From Gracilinanus agilis (lineage: Eukaryota): 64,000 nucleotides of DNA. Below, piece after piece: positions 24,853 through 36,620 of the stretch. The stretch lies in contig NC_058131.1 of assembly GCF_016433145.1 (NCBI RefSeq), forward strand, positions 144,040,862 through 144,104,861, read 5' to 3'. The notes under the pieces were generated by a model that was given only the letters and a program-made list of their open reading frames with translations, was not told the DNA's origin and ran no database searches. The translations under genes were made by a program, and so were the position numbers. The first letter of the stretch is position 1; each line of letters opens with the position of its first letter.

Positions 24853-26214
24853 CTTATTGAGATCAGTCACACCTTGGCTCTCTCACCAGACTTCTTTTCT
24901 CACTCTCCAGCTGCCTTACTGCCCTGGAGAAACTTCTGTCCTGAATTCTTATTTTCCTTATTAGTGACTCCCTCCATTTCAGAAAGGCCCTCACTCACCA
25001 CTGGACGCCTGACAAAACTCTGTTCTACAAACTTCCCTGTCTTTGGCTAGTGATTTTGCAATGAGGGCAGTTTTTCAGAGAGGGAACAGGCTTGAGAGTG
25101 CGGATGGGTTGGAGTAGTCCATCACCACTACTGGAAAAACAATTCACATCCTCCTCCTCCTGTTTGTGGGAAGGGTCTTAAATTAGTGGCAGCAAAACAA
25201 GCCACTCATGATTAGTGACTTGCTGTTTCTCATCATCCAAGCAAGAGAGCTTCTTAGAAGCCTGTGTCAGAGCATGAGGATCAAGTTAAGGACTCTATAT
25301 AAACAGGAATGGATTACTGAGGCTGAGGAAGTCCAGGATCATGATGCTCCCACACAACCTCTGCCTTCCTACTTCCTTGAGGAGTGTGCCAGTGTATGTA
25401 CAATCATGCTATCACCATCTCTACAATACACTTCACCCCACCTTAATAATACCCTATAGCTTACATTTACCTAGCATGCTATGGTTACAAAGCACCTTGT
25501 AACCCCAACCACGTTTTATCTTTGCCACAATCCTATTAGGTGGGTGGAACAAGTATTTATTATTATTATTATTATCCTTTATCTTACAAATAAGGAAAAT
25601 AAGACTGAGAAAACTGTGAGTTGTCCAAGGTCCTAGGGAAAGGTAGAGTCAGGTCCTTTGACCCTAGGGCTTTTGTTCTTCCAAGCATAGCACTCTGCAA
25701 GATAAAGTAGGCCAAGAAATGGCCAGGCTTTCAATGGTCTTCTCTATTCTCCTTCGACTGATAAAGTAACCCTATGAAACATGGAGGAACTTCAAAGATT
25801 TGACGACAAAGCTTGTACTGATGCTGTTGAAGAAGTTAGCACTGCTTAAAGAGGGTATCTAGCCAAATGTACTCATTTCATAGATGAGGGATTTAGGCCT
25901 TCAAAGGTGAAGAAATATGCCCATGACCACCCAGCTGATTAAGTGAATTGAGCTGAAGTCTTCTGTTTTCTCCAACTAAAGTCAATCTAAATGTCCTTTT
26001 TGCTGCACAATGTTGCATTTCTCCAGGCCTTCCTGGAATACTTATTGAAATCATTTACACCTTGACTCACTCACCAGATTTCTCTTCCCCTTCCCCAGAT
26101 GCCTCACTAACCTGGAGAAAACTCTGTCCTGAATTCCTACTTTCCTGATTAGAGACTCTCATTTCAAAAAGGCCCCATGCCATTTATTTACCTCACTTAC
26201 CACTGGACTTCTGA
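24853..26214 (+). repeat. Pair of diverged ~160 bp direct repeats (24853-25012 and 26041-26214)
   Basis: Shared CTTATTGA(G/A)ATCA..ACACCTTG.CTC.CTCACCAGA..CCTGGAGAAA..CTGTCCTGAATTC..CCTCACT.ACCACTGGAC, 1188 bp apart. Confidence 0.85.
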
Positions 26215-26299
26215 ATTCTCTTTTTTCTCCTCAATAGCCTCTTTGTGTTGAGGCAACTATATGGTGTAATGTATAGATCTCTGAGCTTAGATTTAGGAA

Positions 26300-26565
26300 G
26301 TTGTTCAGTTGTTTCAGTTCTCTCTGACTCTTTACTATCTCATTTGAGGTTTTGTTTTTGTTTGTTTTATGTTATTATTATTATTATTATTTTTTTTTTG
26401 GTAAAGATACTGGAATGGTTTGCTGTTTCCTTCTCTAGCTCAGATAAGGAAACTGAAGCAAACAGGGTTAAATGATTTGCTCAAGGTCACACAGCTAGTA
26501 GGTATCTTGGGCCAAATTTGAACTTAGATTTTCTAGGCCCAGCGCTCTATCTACTATATCCAAGC
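26300..26565 (-). mobile_element. Mar1 SINE inserted into a MIR
   Basis: GTTGTTCAGTTGTTTCAG..GGTAAAGATACTGGAATGGTTTGC..GGAAACTGAAGC; the MIR continues at 26570-26770 on +. Confidence 0.75.
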
Positions 26566-27205
26566 TCAAATCTGATCTCAGATACTTATTAGCTGGTGTG
26601 ACTTTGGACAAGTTACTTAACTTCTGTCTGCCTCATTTTCCACAATTGAAAAGTAAGGACAATAATAGCACTTACCTTCCAGAGTTATTGTGAGGATCAA
26701 ATGAGATAATACTTATAAAGTACTTAGCACAGTGCCTGGACCTGTAGTAGGTACTTAATAATTTCTTCTTTCCTTCCTTCTTGTTCGCTAGGCAAGTATC
26801 TTTCTCCAATTCTCCTTTACCCTTCTCTTTCCAATTCCTCCTCCCTTCTACAAACTCTCATATGAGAACTCTCTTGCTTAGATATGTTTGTAGAAGGGAT
26901 TACATAGTAAGTGATTAATAAATCTGTCTATCTATCTATCCATCCATCCATCTATCATCTCTCTCCCTCTCTACCATCTATCTATCTAGCCTTTCTATGT
27001 AACTAGGAGATGAATATAAAGTATCTGAGGGTATAGGGCTTTCTTCAAGATATTGGATACTAAAGAAATGCCAAAGTTATTAGTGAATCTACTGTCATTA
27101 TCATCTTCCACAAGAACAGTGTGCAAGTCCTCTTGGAATTAAAGGCATACATTTCTCATCTCCATTACCAGCAAGATCCTGAACTGAGACTTTCTGGGAT
27201 AAACT

Positions 27206-27452
27206 TATTTTATTTTATTTTTTTAATTTTGAATATTTTCTCCTAGTTACATATTTCATGTTCTTTCCCTCTCCCCCAAACTCCCTTAACCCCCCATAGC
27301 CGACGCACAATTCCACTGGGTTTTATATGTATCATTGATCAAGATCTAATTCCATATTATTGATAGTTGGACTAGAGATATCATTTAGGTGTCTACATCC
27401 TTAATAATATCCCCAACAGCCCATGTGTTCAAGAAGTTGTTTTTCTTCCGTG
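27206..27452 (-). mobile_element. 5'-truncated opossum-type L1 3' end
   Basis: T-rich tail then GAATATTTT..GTTACAT..CCGACGCACAATTCCACTGGGTTTT..CAGCCCATGTGTTCAAG, recognised as marsupial L1 3' UTR. Confidence 0.75.
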
Positions 27453-27671
27453 TATAAATTGGCTTTTGAAGGGCTAAGATTTATAACGAACCTCTAGATT
27501 CATTGTATTTAAAGACCTTATCTTTATTATATATCTTATGTAGGAAAAGTGTAAAGAATGACATTGTATTCTCTCTGATGTATTAGATCCAACTCATGAA
27601 AACATTTGTGATCCTTGAAATGGGAGGTATCTTATGTAACATTTCAGTTGGAGAAACAAAGAAATAGTATT

Positions 27672-27920
27672 TTTGTTATTGTTGTTTTGTTTCAGTCATA
27701 TCTGATGCTTCATGACTCCACTGGGGGGAGTTTCTTGGTCCTGGAGTGATTTACCATTTCTTTTTCCAGTTCATTTGACAAATGAAGAATTGAGGTTAAC
27801 AGGGTTAAGTAACTTGATCAGAGTCATATAGCTATTAAATATCTGAGTCCAGATTTGAACTCAGGAAGATGTCTTCCTGACTTTAGGTCTAGTGTTCTAT
27901 TTACTGTGCCATCTAGCTGC
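27672..27920 (-). mobile_element. Mar1 SINE
   Basis: Same tail plus CORE layout as the other Mar1 copies. Confidence 0.75.
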
Positions 27921-30587
27921 CAAAGAAGCAAGATAGTATGTCTGTAGATATAGATAATCATTTTAGGACAGACCCTATCATTTCTTACTACATTTTTTGG
28001 TTACTAAATGATTTATTTATTGTACTACATTTACAAAGGAAACAGACACTACACCAAAGTTTAAAGAATAAAAATGTATTTTCCTTTAAGGTTATTAATA
28101 TTGTTGCTCTTTACTGACAGCAAGTACAAATCCTTTAGTGAGCATTTTATAGCATTTTGAACATGGAATAAAAGGAACAAGCTCAAGAGAATAAGCATGG
28201 GGGCAACTACAAGAATAGATTCTACAACTGCCTCTTCTTGTCTTCTAATATAAGTGAGTCAGAGGGGAAAAGTCCTTGTCCGGTAGGGAGGTATTTCAAA
28301 AATTAAGTTATAGGACTTATCATATCCCTAATGATAATAAGAAGGTATTAGAATTATTTGGCATCAGAATCGTTTCTTTCCTGTCAGACTATTTCTTAGA
28401 AAGGAATGACTAAGTTTTTCTTCTTCAGCGTCATCACCAGAAATGACTTTAAACCTACAATTATGGCTTAATGGCATTTAACGAAATTTAACTCAAGAAT
28501 TGTAGTTTATCATTGATTTAAAATGTAGATAAACCTGGTAACCCAGGGTTGCTGAAGGATTTCTCTAACATTATGGATGCTTTAGTGAGCTTTATTCTCT
28601 TTATTCCTCATAGATGCGTATCGGTAGCCTGGCCCAGAAATCCCCAAGAGAAATACCATCATTTGATTTCTTGAGTACTACCAAACAAGAATCCGTGGCG
28701 AGTCAGGCTACTTGGGGAACAATGCTTACATCTTGCATGGTTCACACATAATAACACCACCTGCTTCTTTGTCATTCAAATCCAAACTCACTTATAGAAA
28801 ACTGAACACATAGCAATCTTATTGATAAATAAATATTTTAAACAAATAAAAAAATATTTTCTCCCTAGTCATGCTTACTTTGCCTTTTATTAATTCCATT
28901 GTTCTGAAGAAGAATGCATTTTCTGTGAGAGCATTGATGCCCAAGGCCTTTTGGTCCATAATGAGGAAATGATGCCAATCCTGCCAAAATTTGACTTTGG
29001 GCTATGATTCATTTTAATATTGGGGGCAAATCTAAGAGAAACTCATTTTTAAACTAGCAAATTCTACAAAAGTTTTTCACTTTTTATCATAAAAACAAAC
29101 CAAAAAACCCTCACACATCTTAAGTACATTTCATCCTTTCTGAAGTTATTGAGATTAAAAGTTTATATTATCTTATAATGAGAAACCACCTAGTGCTGAG
29201 ACTAGAAAATAGCAGCAGAGAATCAGTGTGGTACAGGAGTAAAGTGCATATTAGAAGTCAGAGGACCTGAGTTTGAATGTCAACCCTGCTATTTATTACC
29301 TGTGTGATCTTGGAAAAGTCATCACTTTCTTGGATCTATAAACTGAGGCATATTTGACTAGATAACCTCTAAAGTCTTTCTGGATATCTGAGCCTATGAC
29401 TAAACTCTGACAACTATTAATTATGTTTGGCCAATCCAAGAAATGCACCAACCTCTTAATCAGCACAAACCACAGCAGTCTTCATAATGTAGGTAAAAAA
29501 AAAGGATGAAGTAAAATTGTTAAGTCTGTTAGTATTAAATCTATCAAATCTAATATTGTGCAGTCTAGCAAGAGAATATTTTCAGTAATTTAAAGATCTT
29601 TTCCAATTCAGTAGGCTCAATTTCAGATCTTTAGAAAATAGTTCTTTTATATTTTGCTTAGACTAAAATTTTTTGGAAGATAGCACTTCTGTGTCATAGG
29701 GCTAATGTGTCAACATTAAGGTGGGTCTTGCAAAAAATCCAACAACCAGTATTTCAAGGTGTCCTCTTTGTCCTGCTTGTGTGTTGGACAGAAAGGCAAC
29801 AAAGTTGTCTAGGAGTGGCTGCTCTCTTTGTATTTCCAACAGAAAGTTTCAAAAGAAAGACAGATCACCATGTTTCTAGCCTGTCTTCCTACCAAGTGAG
29901 GTTCCCAATTGGCCAACACCCATGGGATGAAGCGCCTGGAGATTAAATAAGGATGAGTTTTTCATTTTTCTAACATGAACAATGAATGGTTGCCTAATAC
30001 TGACTTCATAGAAAGCACCAATACTCACCTTGTTTAAAGAAAAGCATTGTTCAGGCAAAGAAGGGATATGGGCAAAGTAATTCTATTTTTGGCCCTGCCA
30101 ATTCTCCTTGGTAAAGTCATCCAGGCTGAATATATCCAGCCTGAACAGTAACTTATTCTGCATTTGCCTAGCACTTTATATGACATAACATACATTCATA
30201 TTTATTTGGGTAGGATTATTATTCCTGTTTTACAGATAAAAAAAAGTACGTCAAGATTGGGTTTCTTGCTCTAGACCACACCCCAAGATGGTGACAGAGC
30301 TAGGACTAGAATCAAGAGCTCTTGACTCCTTGCTACTCCATTTCCCCCTACAATGCTATGACACTATGAATGAATCGATTTTGTAAAAAATGGACAAAGT
30401 AAATAATCTGACATAGACTGTCTCTTTCACATACATAGAACTCTCTGGCTTTGGTTTCCTAATTTATATAATAAGAGAAAGGAGTAGAGATGAATATATG
30501 TATTTTGGTTAGGGTGAAAGTGGGAAATTTAAGAGAGGACAGTGCAAGAAAAGAAAGTGAATGAATTATTTCTTCTGGTTTCATGTC

Positions 30588-30850
30588 TCTAAAACAGAAG
30601 TTTTTAAACTTGTGATCCAGAGATAACCCCAAGATGTCAGTGGATAGATTTTGAGGTATGGGGCCTGTTAACTTGTACAGGGGGAAATATCTATATCTAT
30701 ATATCTATAGATTTCTTTATTTCAGTATGACTGCTTTCCTTTATAATTATATGTATTATAGATTTAAAAACATGATTCTGAGAAGGGGTCCATGGGCTTC
30801 CTTGGTCTGACTTCCAAAGGGGAACATGATGCTAAAAAAATACAACTCAC
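30588..30850 (+). mobile_element. Non-autonomous hAT/Charlie-like DNA transposon
   Basis: Internal TTTAAAAACATGATTCTGAGAAGGGGTCCATGGGCTT..CCAAAGGGG; related copies at 19290-19510 and 30914-31140. Confidence 0.6.
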
Positions 30851-30913
30851 AAATCCTATAATAGATAATCCAGATTTGATCATGTAAAATCAGTCCACAT
30901 CTGAGTTCTAATG

Positions 30914-31140
30914 TTCTAGCCCTGGGTTTTTAATCTGTGGTCCACAGACCTTCAATTTTAGGGTGCCCATAAACTTGGATGAGGAAAATTCATCTTTATT
31001 TTCCCTGACTGCTACTTGAAACATAGCATTTTCTTCCTTTACATAAAAATGTTATTCTTAGAAAGGGTCTATAGAAGTAAAGGGGATTTTTCAAAAGACC
31101 CTATGACACAAAGAACGGTAAAGAACCATTATTCTAAAGC
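30914..31140 (+). mobile_element. Non-autonomous hAT/Charlie-like DNA transposon
   Basis: Degenerate TIRs CCTGGGTTTTTAATC ... GGTAAAGAACC with TTCTA-containing flanks. Confidence 0.6.
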
Positions 31141-31192
31141 TTGAATTAGACAGCATCTAAAAATGTCTCCTATTTTGCTAAATAACACTTTC

Positions 31193-31401
31193 TTTTCTTT
31201 TTTTTTTAAACCCTTACCTTCTGTCTTAGAGTCAATTCTGTGTATTGGCTCCAAAGCAGAAGAGTGGTAAGGGCTAGGCAATGGGGGTTAAGTGACTTGC
31301 CCAGGGTCACACAGCTGGGAAGTGTCTGAGGTCAGATTTGAACCTAGGACCTCCCATCTCTAGGTCTGGCTCTCAATCCACTGAGCTACCCAGCTGCCCC
31401 T
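31193..31401 (-). mobile_element. Young opossum-type CORE-SINE (SINE1_Mdo-like), full length
   Basis: Minus strand reads GGGGCAGCTGGGTAGCTCAGTGGATTGAGAG...GGTAAGGGTTTAAAAAAA. 15-bp TSD CTAAATA(A/G)CACTTTC at 31178-31192 and 31402-31416. Confidence 0.92.
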
Positions 31402-32089
31402 CTAAATAGCACTTTCAATGCTCATTACTTCATTCTCTCAGGGAAGCTTTAGCCCAGGCAAAAGAAGCCAGGAAAAAGCACCACTAATAGAGTAACAGGA
31501 GTAGCATTCCTTTTTCTTAGTCTCAAGACCCCCACAGATTATCATCTGAGTTGCCAAATTTTAATTTTAAATTCTTGTTTGTTCAGACCCAGATGTTTGT
31601 ATTTCAGATGGGTTTGAACTGAAGTTCTAACCTGCTGCCTGATCCTCACACATGGACAGGACCCTGAATTCCTGAAGGCTATGCCAGCAGAGGGCATGCT
31701 TTGGCAGGTTCTATCCAAACTTGAAAAACTTAAAGTACTGGCCTCAGGACAGTTGGCATTCCTGTCATCTGAGTATTAGCCTAGGTATATTCTGAGAGTT
31801 TCTTGAACTTGTTGGTCACTCCAGGCAGAATATCTCAGCTGCAGAAACCCTTAAAACCCATTTTCTAGGTTAGAGAAAAGCTGTGATCTGCATTGGTAGG
31901 GGAAGCAGGCATATTAATTGAAATGTACCATTCTTAAAGCATTGAAATATTGGATACTGAAATAAGATGAAGAAGGGCAAAGAAATCCTTATTACAGTAA
32001 TCTGCAATTAAAAATTCTCAATATTGAAAATGTCATGCAGATTTATTTCAGCCAGCTCTATAAATCTAACATAGTAAAACGATCCAAAC

Positions 32090-35000
32090 TTATCTTCATT
32101 CAATCAGTAGCATTTATTAAACACCTACTATGTTCCAGGCTCTGTGTTAAGCCCAGTGGAAACAAAGAAAGGCAAAAACAAACAATCTCTGCTCTCAAAG
32201 AACTCAAAGTTTAATGGAGGGAGATACTATGCAAACAATTATGAAAAAAGAAGATGGACATAAGATAAATTAGTAGAGGGAAGGCAATAGCATTAAAGGG
32301 GTTCAGGAAAGGTTTAACCATTCTATGAATGAACATCTAAAAATATCACACATACACACACACACACACACACACCAGCATCTTTGTGATGTGTTAGGCA
32401 GGGATTTCCTTTCACATAACTTCATGCATAACAAAAATTTATTCATTCATTCCTTAATTAATCCAACAGAGTATTCAATGAGCACCTACTATGTGCAAGG
32501 ATTTGTGCTAGATTCTGTTCCAGGTTCCCTGCTCTCTCGGAGCTTATAGCCTATCAGGGGAGCTGAAAGCTATGTAGTTCTTGGCACCTAGAAAGTACTT
32601 AATAAATGTTGACTTACTTCAATAAATAATGACAATATAAGTAATATACTAAGGGCCATAGGAACAGTGCTGATAAAAACTACAGTATTTTGGAGGCAGA
32701 AGAGATAAATTACTTACTGTCTGAGTTATCAGATAAAGCTCCCTGTAGAAGGTAGCCTTTGAGCTGAGCTTTGAATGATGGGGGGGATTTTGATGGGTGT
32801 AGATAAAGGCAGGGATATATCCCAGATAAAGTGTATGGTGTGAACAAAAGACACAAAGGCAGAAAAATGTGAGAGACATTAACGGAACTACAGATGGACT
32901 AGTCAGAGTGGAGTAGAGGATTCATATAGGGGAGTGTTAGAAGATTTGTGTTGAAAAGTTGTTAATAATAATAAAAGCTCAAATTTCATTAAAATGATGT
33001 TCACATAACCCTGTTAGGTAGATATTTTTATTATCTTCATTTTCCACTCAAGGAAGCTGAGGTTCAGGGAAGTTAAGTAACTTGTCCAGCATTATACACT
33101 ACTAGCGTAAGTCTGAAGCAGATTTTGACCAAGGCATTCCTGAAATTAAATACAGGATTCTAACCACTATGCAACATTTCTACATAAAAGGCAGAGGTCA
33201 GATTGAGGAAGTCTTTTTGAGCCAGAGTAAAGAGTTTGGAACTTATTGTAGAAAGTGTTTGTTTTTTTTTAACTTGAGGGAGGGATATGATTTAAAAAAA
33301 AAACTATTGGAAGGTGATTAGTTGGATTGTATTGTGAAGGATCGTTTGCAGAGAGGAGAAATCAGAGGCAGGGAGATAATGTATGAGTTTAAAGCAGTAG
33401 CATACATGTCAACTTTGGCCAATGAAAGTGTCCCTATTTTTAAAATGGGCTCTAGCTTTGGATATTTATCCAAGATCAATCCTGGCGCAGCTTGAGCCCC
33501 CCAAAAGAGATTCAGACTTTTAAATTACAAGATCTGGGATAGAATGTCCCCACTCAAAGCAGAACTCTAGGGAAAACATATTTCAGAAAACTTAGTGATG
33601 GCTAATGTGTAGTCTCCCCCAAAAGAAATGAACAGGTTCCCTTCTAGGAAAGATTTTCAATGTACAAAATAGTAGATATCAGGTATAGGACAGCTATTAA
33701 TACCACCACAAAAAATTCTGAAAACAAAAAAAAATCATGATAAGCATATGACCACACTACTTAAAACATAATGTATCACCAATCACTTCTTTCATATCTC
33801 CTGGAAAATAAGAAAGACTTCATTTTCCTCTCACTTTCTGTACTATTTGAGCATCAACTCAAAATCCATATTTTCTGGCTAATGAAGCAGCCATAGCTTA
33901 TTCTCCTGGAGATGATTATCTCCTTTGAAAAGGGTGCAACTGAAGTGTAAACTTTTTACTGAGCAACTAACACCTTATTTAATTACTCTCAGGCTTATGA
34001 GGAAGCTGATAGCTAAAAACATCCATCTCTGGATTTCTTTTCAGATGAATGAAGTATTTACTAAGAAGTTACTAAATGTCAGGCATAGTTCTAAATACTG
34101 GGAGTACAAATACACAAGCAAGGCATTCCTTGCCCTCAAAAGATTACATTCTAATGGGGGAAGACAACACACGAAAGGGGAGCAAGAAAGTAGAGTATGA
34201 CATTGTGGGTCAGGAAATAAGGCCTGTGCCCCAGGAAGGGAAGCTAATAGCTTACCTGTTAGATCTGTGGAATCCAGAGCTGCAGTGTAGGTTGCTGATG
34301 ACGAGGAAGTGGAGATGATGGTTCAAGAGAGAAGGCTTGGATGGTATGGACAAAAGACAGGACATATTCAGGAATCTTTGCTTACAGAATGGAACAGAAG
34401 AGGCAGTTTGGGATTTGAGGGCCTGTCTCTATCTAATCTAGGCAAGCATTTGTTCTGTGTAGTTGCCAGGCTGGGGAGGGTGGATGAAAGATAAATACCT
34501 TTCTGTTCCCTTGATGAAAATCCAAGGAGGAATACTATTAGATATGTTTCAAAAAGATTGGAAGTCATCTTTTCTTCCTCTCATTCTTCCTGTTTCCTTT
34601 TTATGACATGTACAATAGCCAACTTTTCTTGGATCAGCCAGTTAGGTTTTTTAGCAAACACATCTCATCTCAAAGATAGGAACTAAAGAAGTAATTAAGA
34701 ATCCTTGTCATTTATCAAGGACATAAAAGAAAATGTCTCACCAGAAGAATGCCAGTGCCATATAAAGAGTGATAATCCAAACTCCTGCTACATAAATGTG
34801 AATCAACTTAGGCATGACTGAAAGTCTGAACTAAGGTGATGGCAGTAGAAAGAGAAAGGAGGTATATGTAAGAGATATTGAAAAGAAGAATTGGTAGGAC
34901 TTTGTGATAGAATAGCTGTCAGATCCTAAGAAGAGGTAAGAATAAAAAATGACTACAGAATTCTGAGTATTAGAAATTAGGAGGTTAATAGACAATTATA

Positions 35001-35720
35001 ATAAAGAAGTAAATAAGAATTAGTTTTTTGGAGAGAGGAGGAGTCATCTTATTTTAGTTTAGAAATGTTGAATTTGAGGTTATAATATCTAATGGAAATG
35101 TCCAAGAAACAGTTGGAGATGTAAAGCTAGATCTTGGGAAAGTAGTAAAAACTGGAAATGTGGTCTAGAGAGTCATCAACTGAATAAGGAGAAGCAATGT
35201 GGTATAGTGGATAAAAAGTGATCTTGGAACTGGGAAGACCTCAATGCAAGTTTTACCTCTGATATATATTGACTATATAATCTTGGATCAGTCACTTAAC
35301 CTCGTTTGTTCAAGATAATCTCTAAGACTGTTTCAAAGGAGGTGCCAACCATCATTGGTAGAGGTAGCTTTCTCATCTGGGACTTCTCTATGTAAGTGAT
35401 ATCACAGAATCAATCTCTATTCCTATATCCTATCCTACATTGAGATAGATAAAATTATTAGAGATGATGAGATTTCCAAGCCATGTAGCATAAGAAGTGA
35501 AAAAGAAAAGGATAGAAGACCACAACTGCAACAGAGAGGAAAGAAGATATTTGTATGCAGATATGATTACAGGGATTCCTGATTGATAGAAAGTGTGAAG
35601 TACTGAGACATGGTTGAGTCACTTTCTTAATAGAGAAGTGAATGCTATAATAACTGGATACTATGCTAGTAATAGTGGGCACATGAGAGAGTTTAAAAAG
35701 AAGGTCAATAAGTAACTTTG
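32090..35720 (-). mobile_element. Fragmented L2 LINE(s) interrupted by SINEs
   Basis: Reverse L2 termini (ATTTATTAAACACCTACTATGTTCCAGGC at 32113; TACTAAGAAGTTACTAAATGTCAGGC at 34060) and purine-rich L2 body segments. Confidence 0.65.
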
Positions 35721-36389
35721 TCTAGGCTGTATTTGAATACCAATAACTCACGTTTTTCCAAGGTGGGAGGCAGAAGGAAGGAATAAAGGATCTGCCTTCT
35801 GATTTTATCCATGAAGGGAATTCCTAGTGTAGAAAATGTAGCAACTTCTCAGTATTGTATAGTCTTAGAGAGTTTCTGGGAACTCTGAGAGTTTGTCACT
35901 TCTCTATGATCACATAAATAGAATAAATCAGAGGTATGATTAAAAATTTGTTTCCTAACTCCAAGCCCATTACTCTGTGTATTAGCTCACATTATCTCTT
36001 AATTCACATTTCTATGGGGTTTTAAGGTTTATAGTTGAATAGAATTAACCAGCTATCACTGTCTTTATAAAGATAATGCAATATTAAATTAGGGTGAACA
36101 GATGACTTTCAATTCAGTTTTTAACATCTTTACTAATAACATGAAGGATAAAATTGCATCTGAAAAGTAAAGTATAGCCATCAATAAACCAATAGGGTTG
36201 GCTTTGGAGGACAATAGAATAGGGAGACAGGTAATATGTGTTGTCAGACTATACATGATGATATGATATGACTGTTTTAAAAAAATCTTTTTATTGGTGA
36301 GAGTCAGCCAGATTCCTTCTTTTACGCAAAGTCCCAAAGGGCAGAGAGGTGCTTGAAGAAAAACAACCTAATTAAATTAATTCAAAATA

Positions 36390-36620
36390 GAGGATAATAA
36401 TAATAACTGACATTTATATAGCTCTTGAAAATTTTTACAGTGCTTTACATATATAATTTCATTGGAATGTCACAAAAACCTCATAATGTGGATAATATAA
36501 ATGTTTACAGATGAGGAAACTGAAGACCAGAGAAGTCAAGTGATTTGCCTTTATTCACACAGCTAATAAGTACTAGCTGTTGGATCTGAACCCAGGCTTT
36601 CCTTACCTCAATGCCTGAGA
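36390..36620 (-). mobile_element. MIR
   Basis: ATAATAACTGACATTTATATAGC..TTTACAGATGAGGAAACTGAAG..TGAACCCAGG. Many more MIR/MIR3 fragments in the window are not listed individually. Confidence 0.85.

Noticed and set aside
31330-31401. tRNA gene (A/B boxes)
   Set aside because: It is the tRNA-derived head of a SINE with CORE, tail and TSD. The same applies to other MIR/Mar1 heads.
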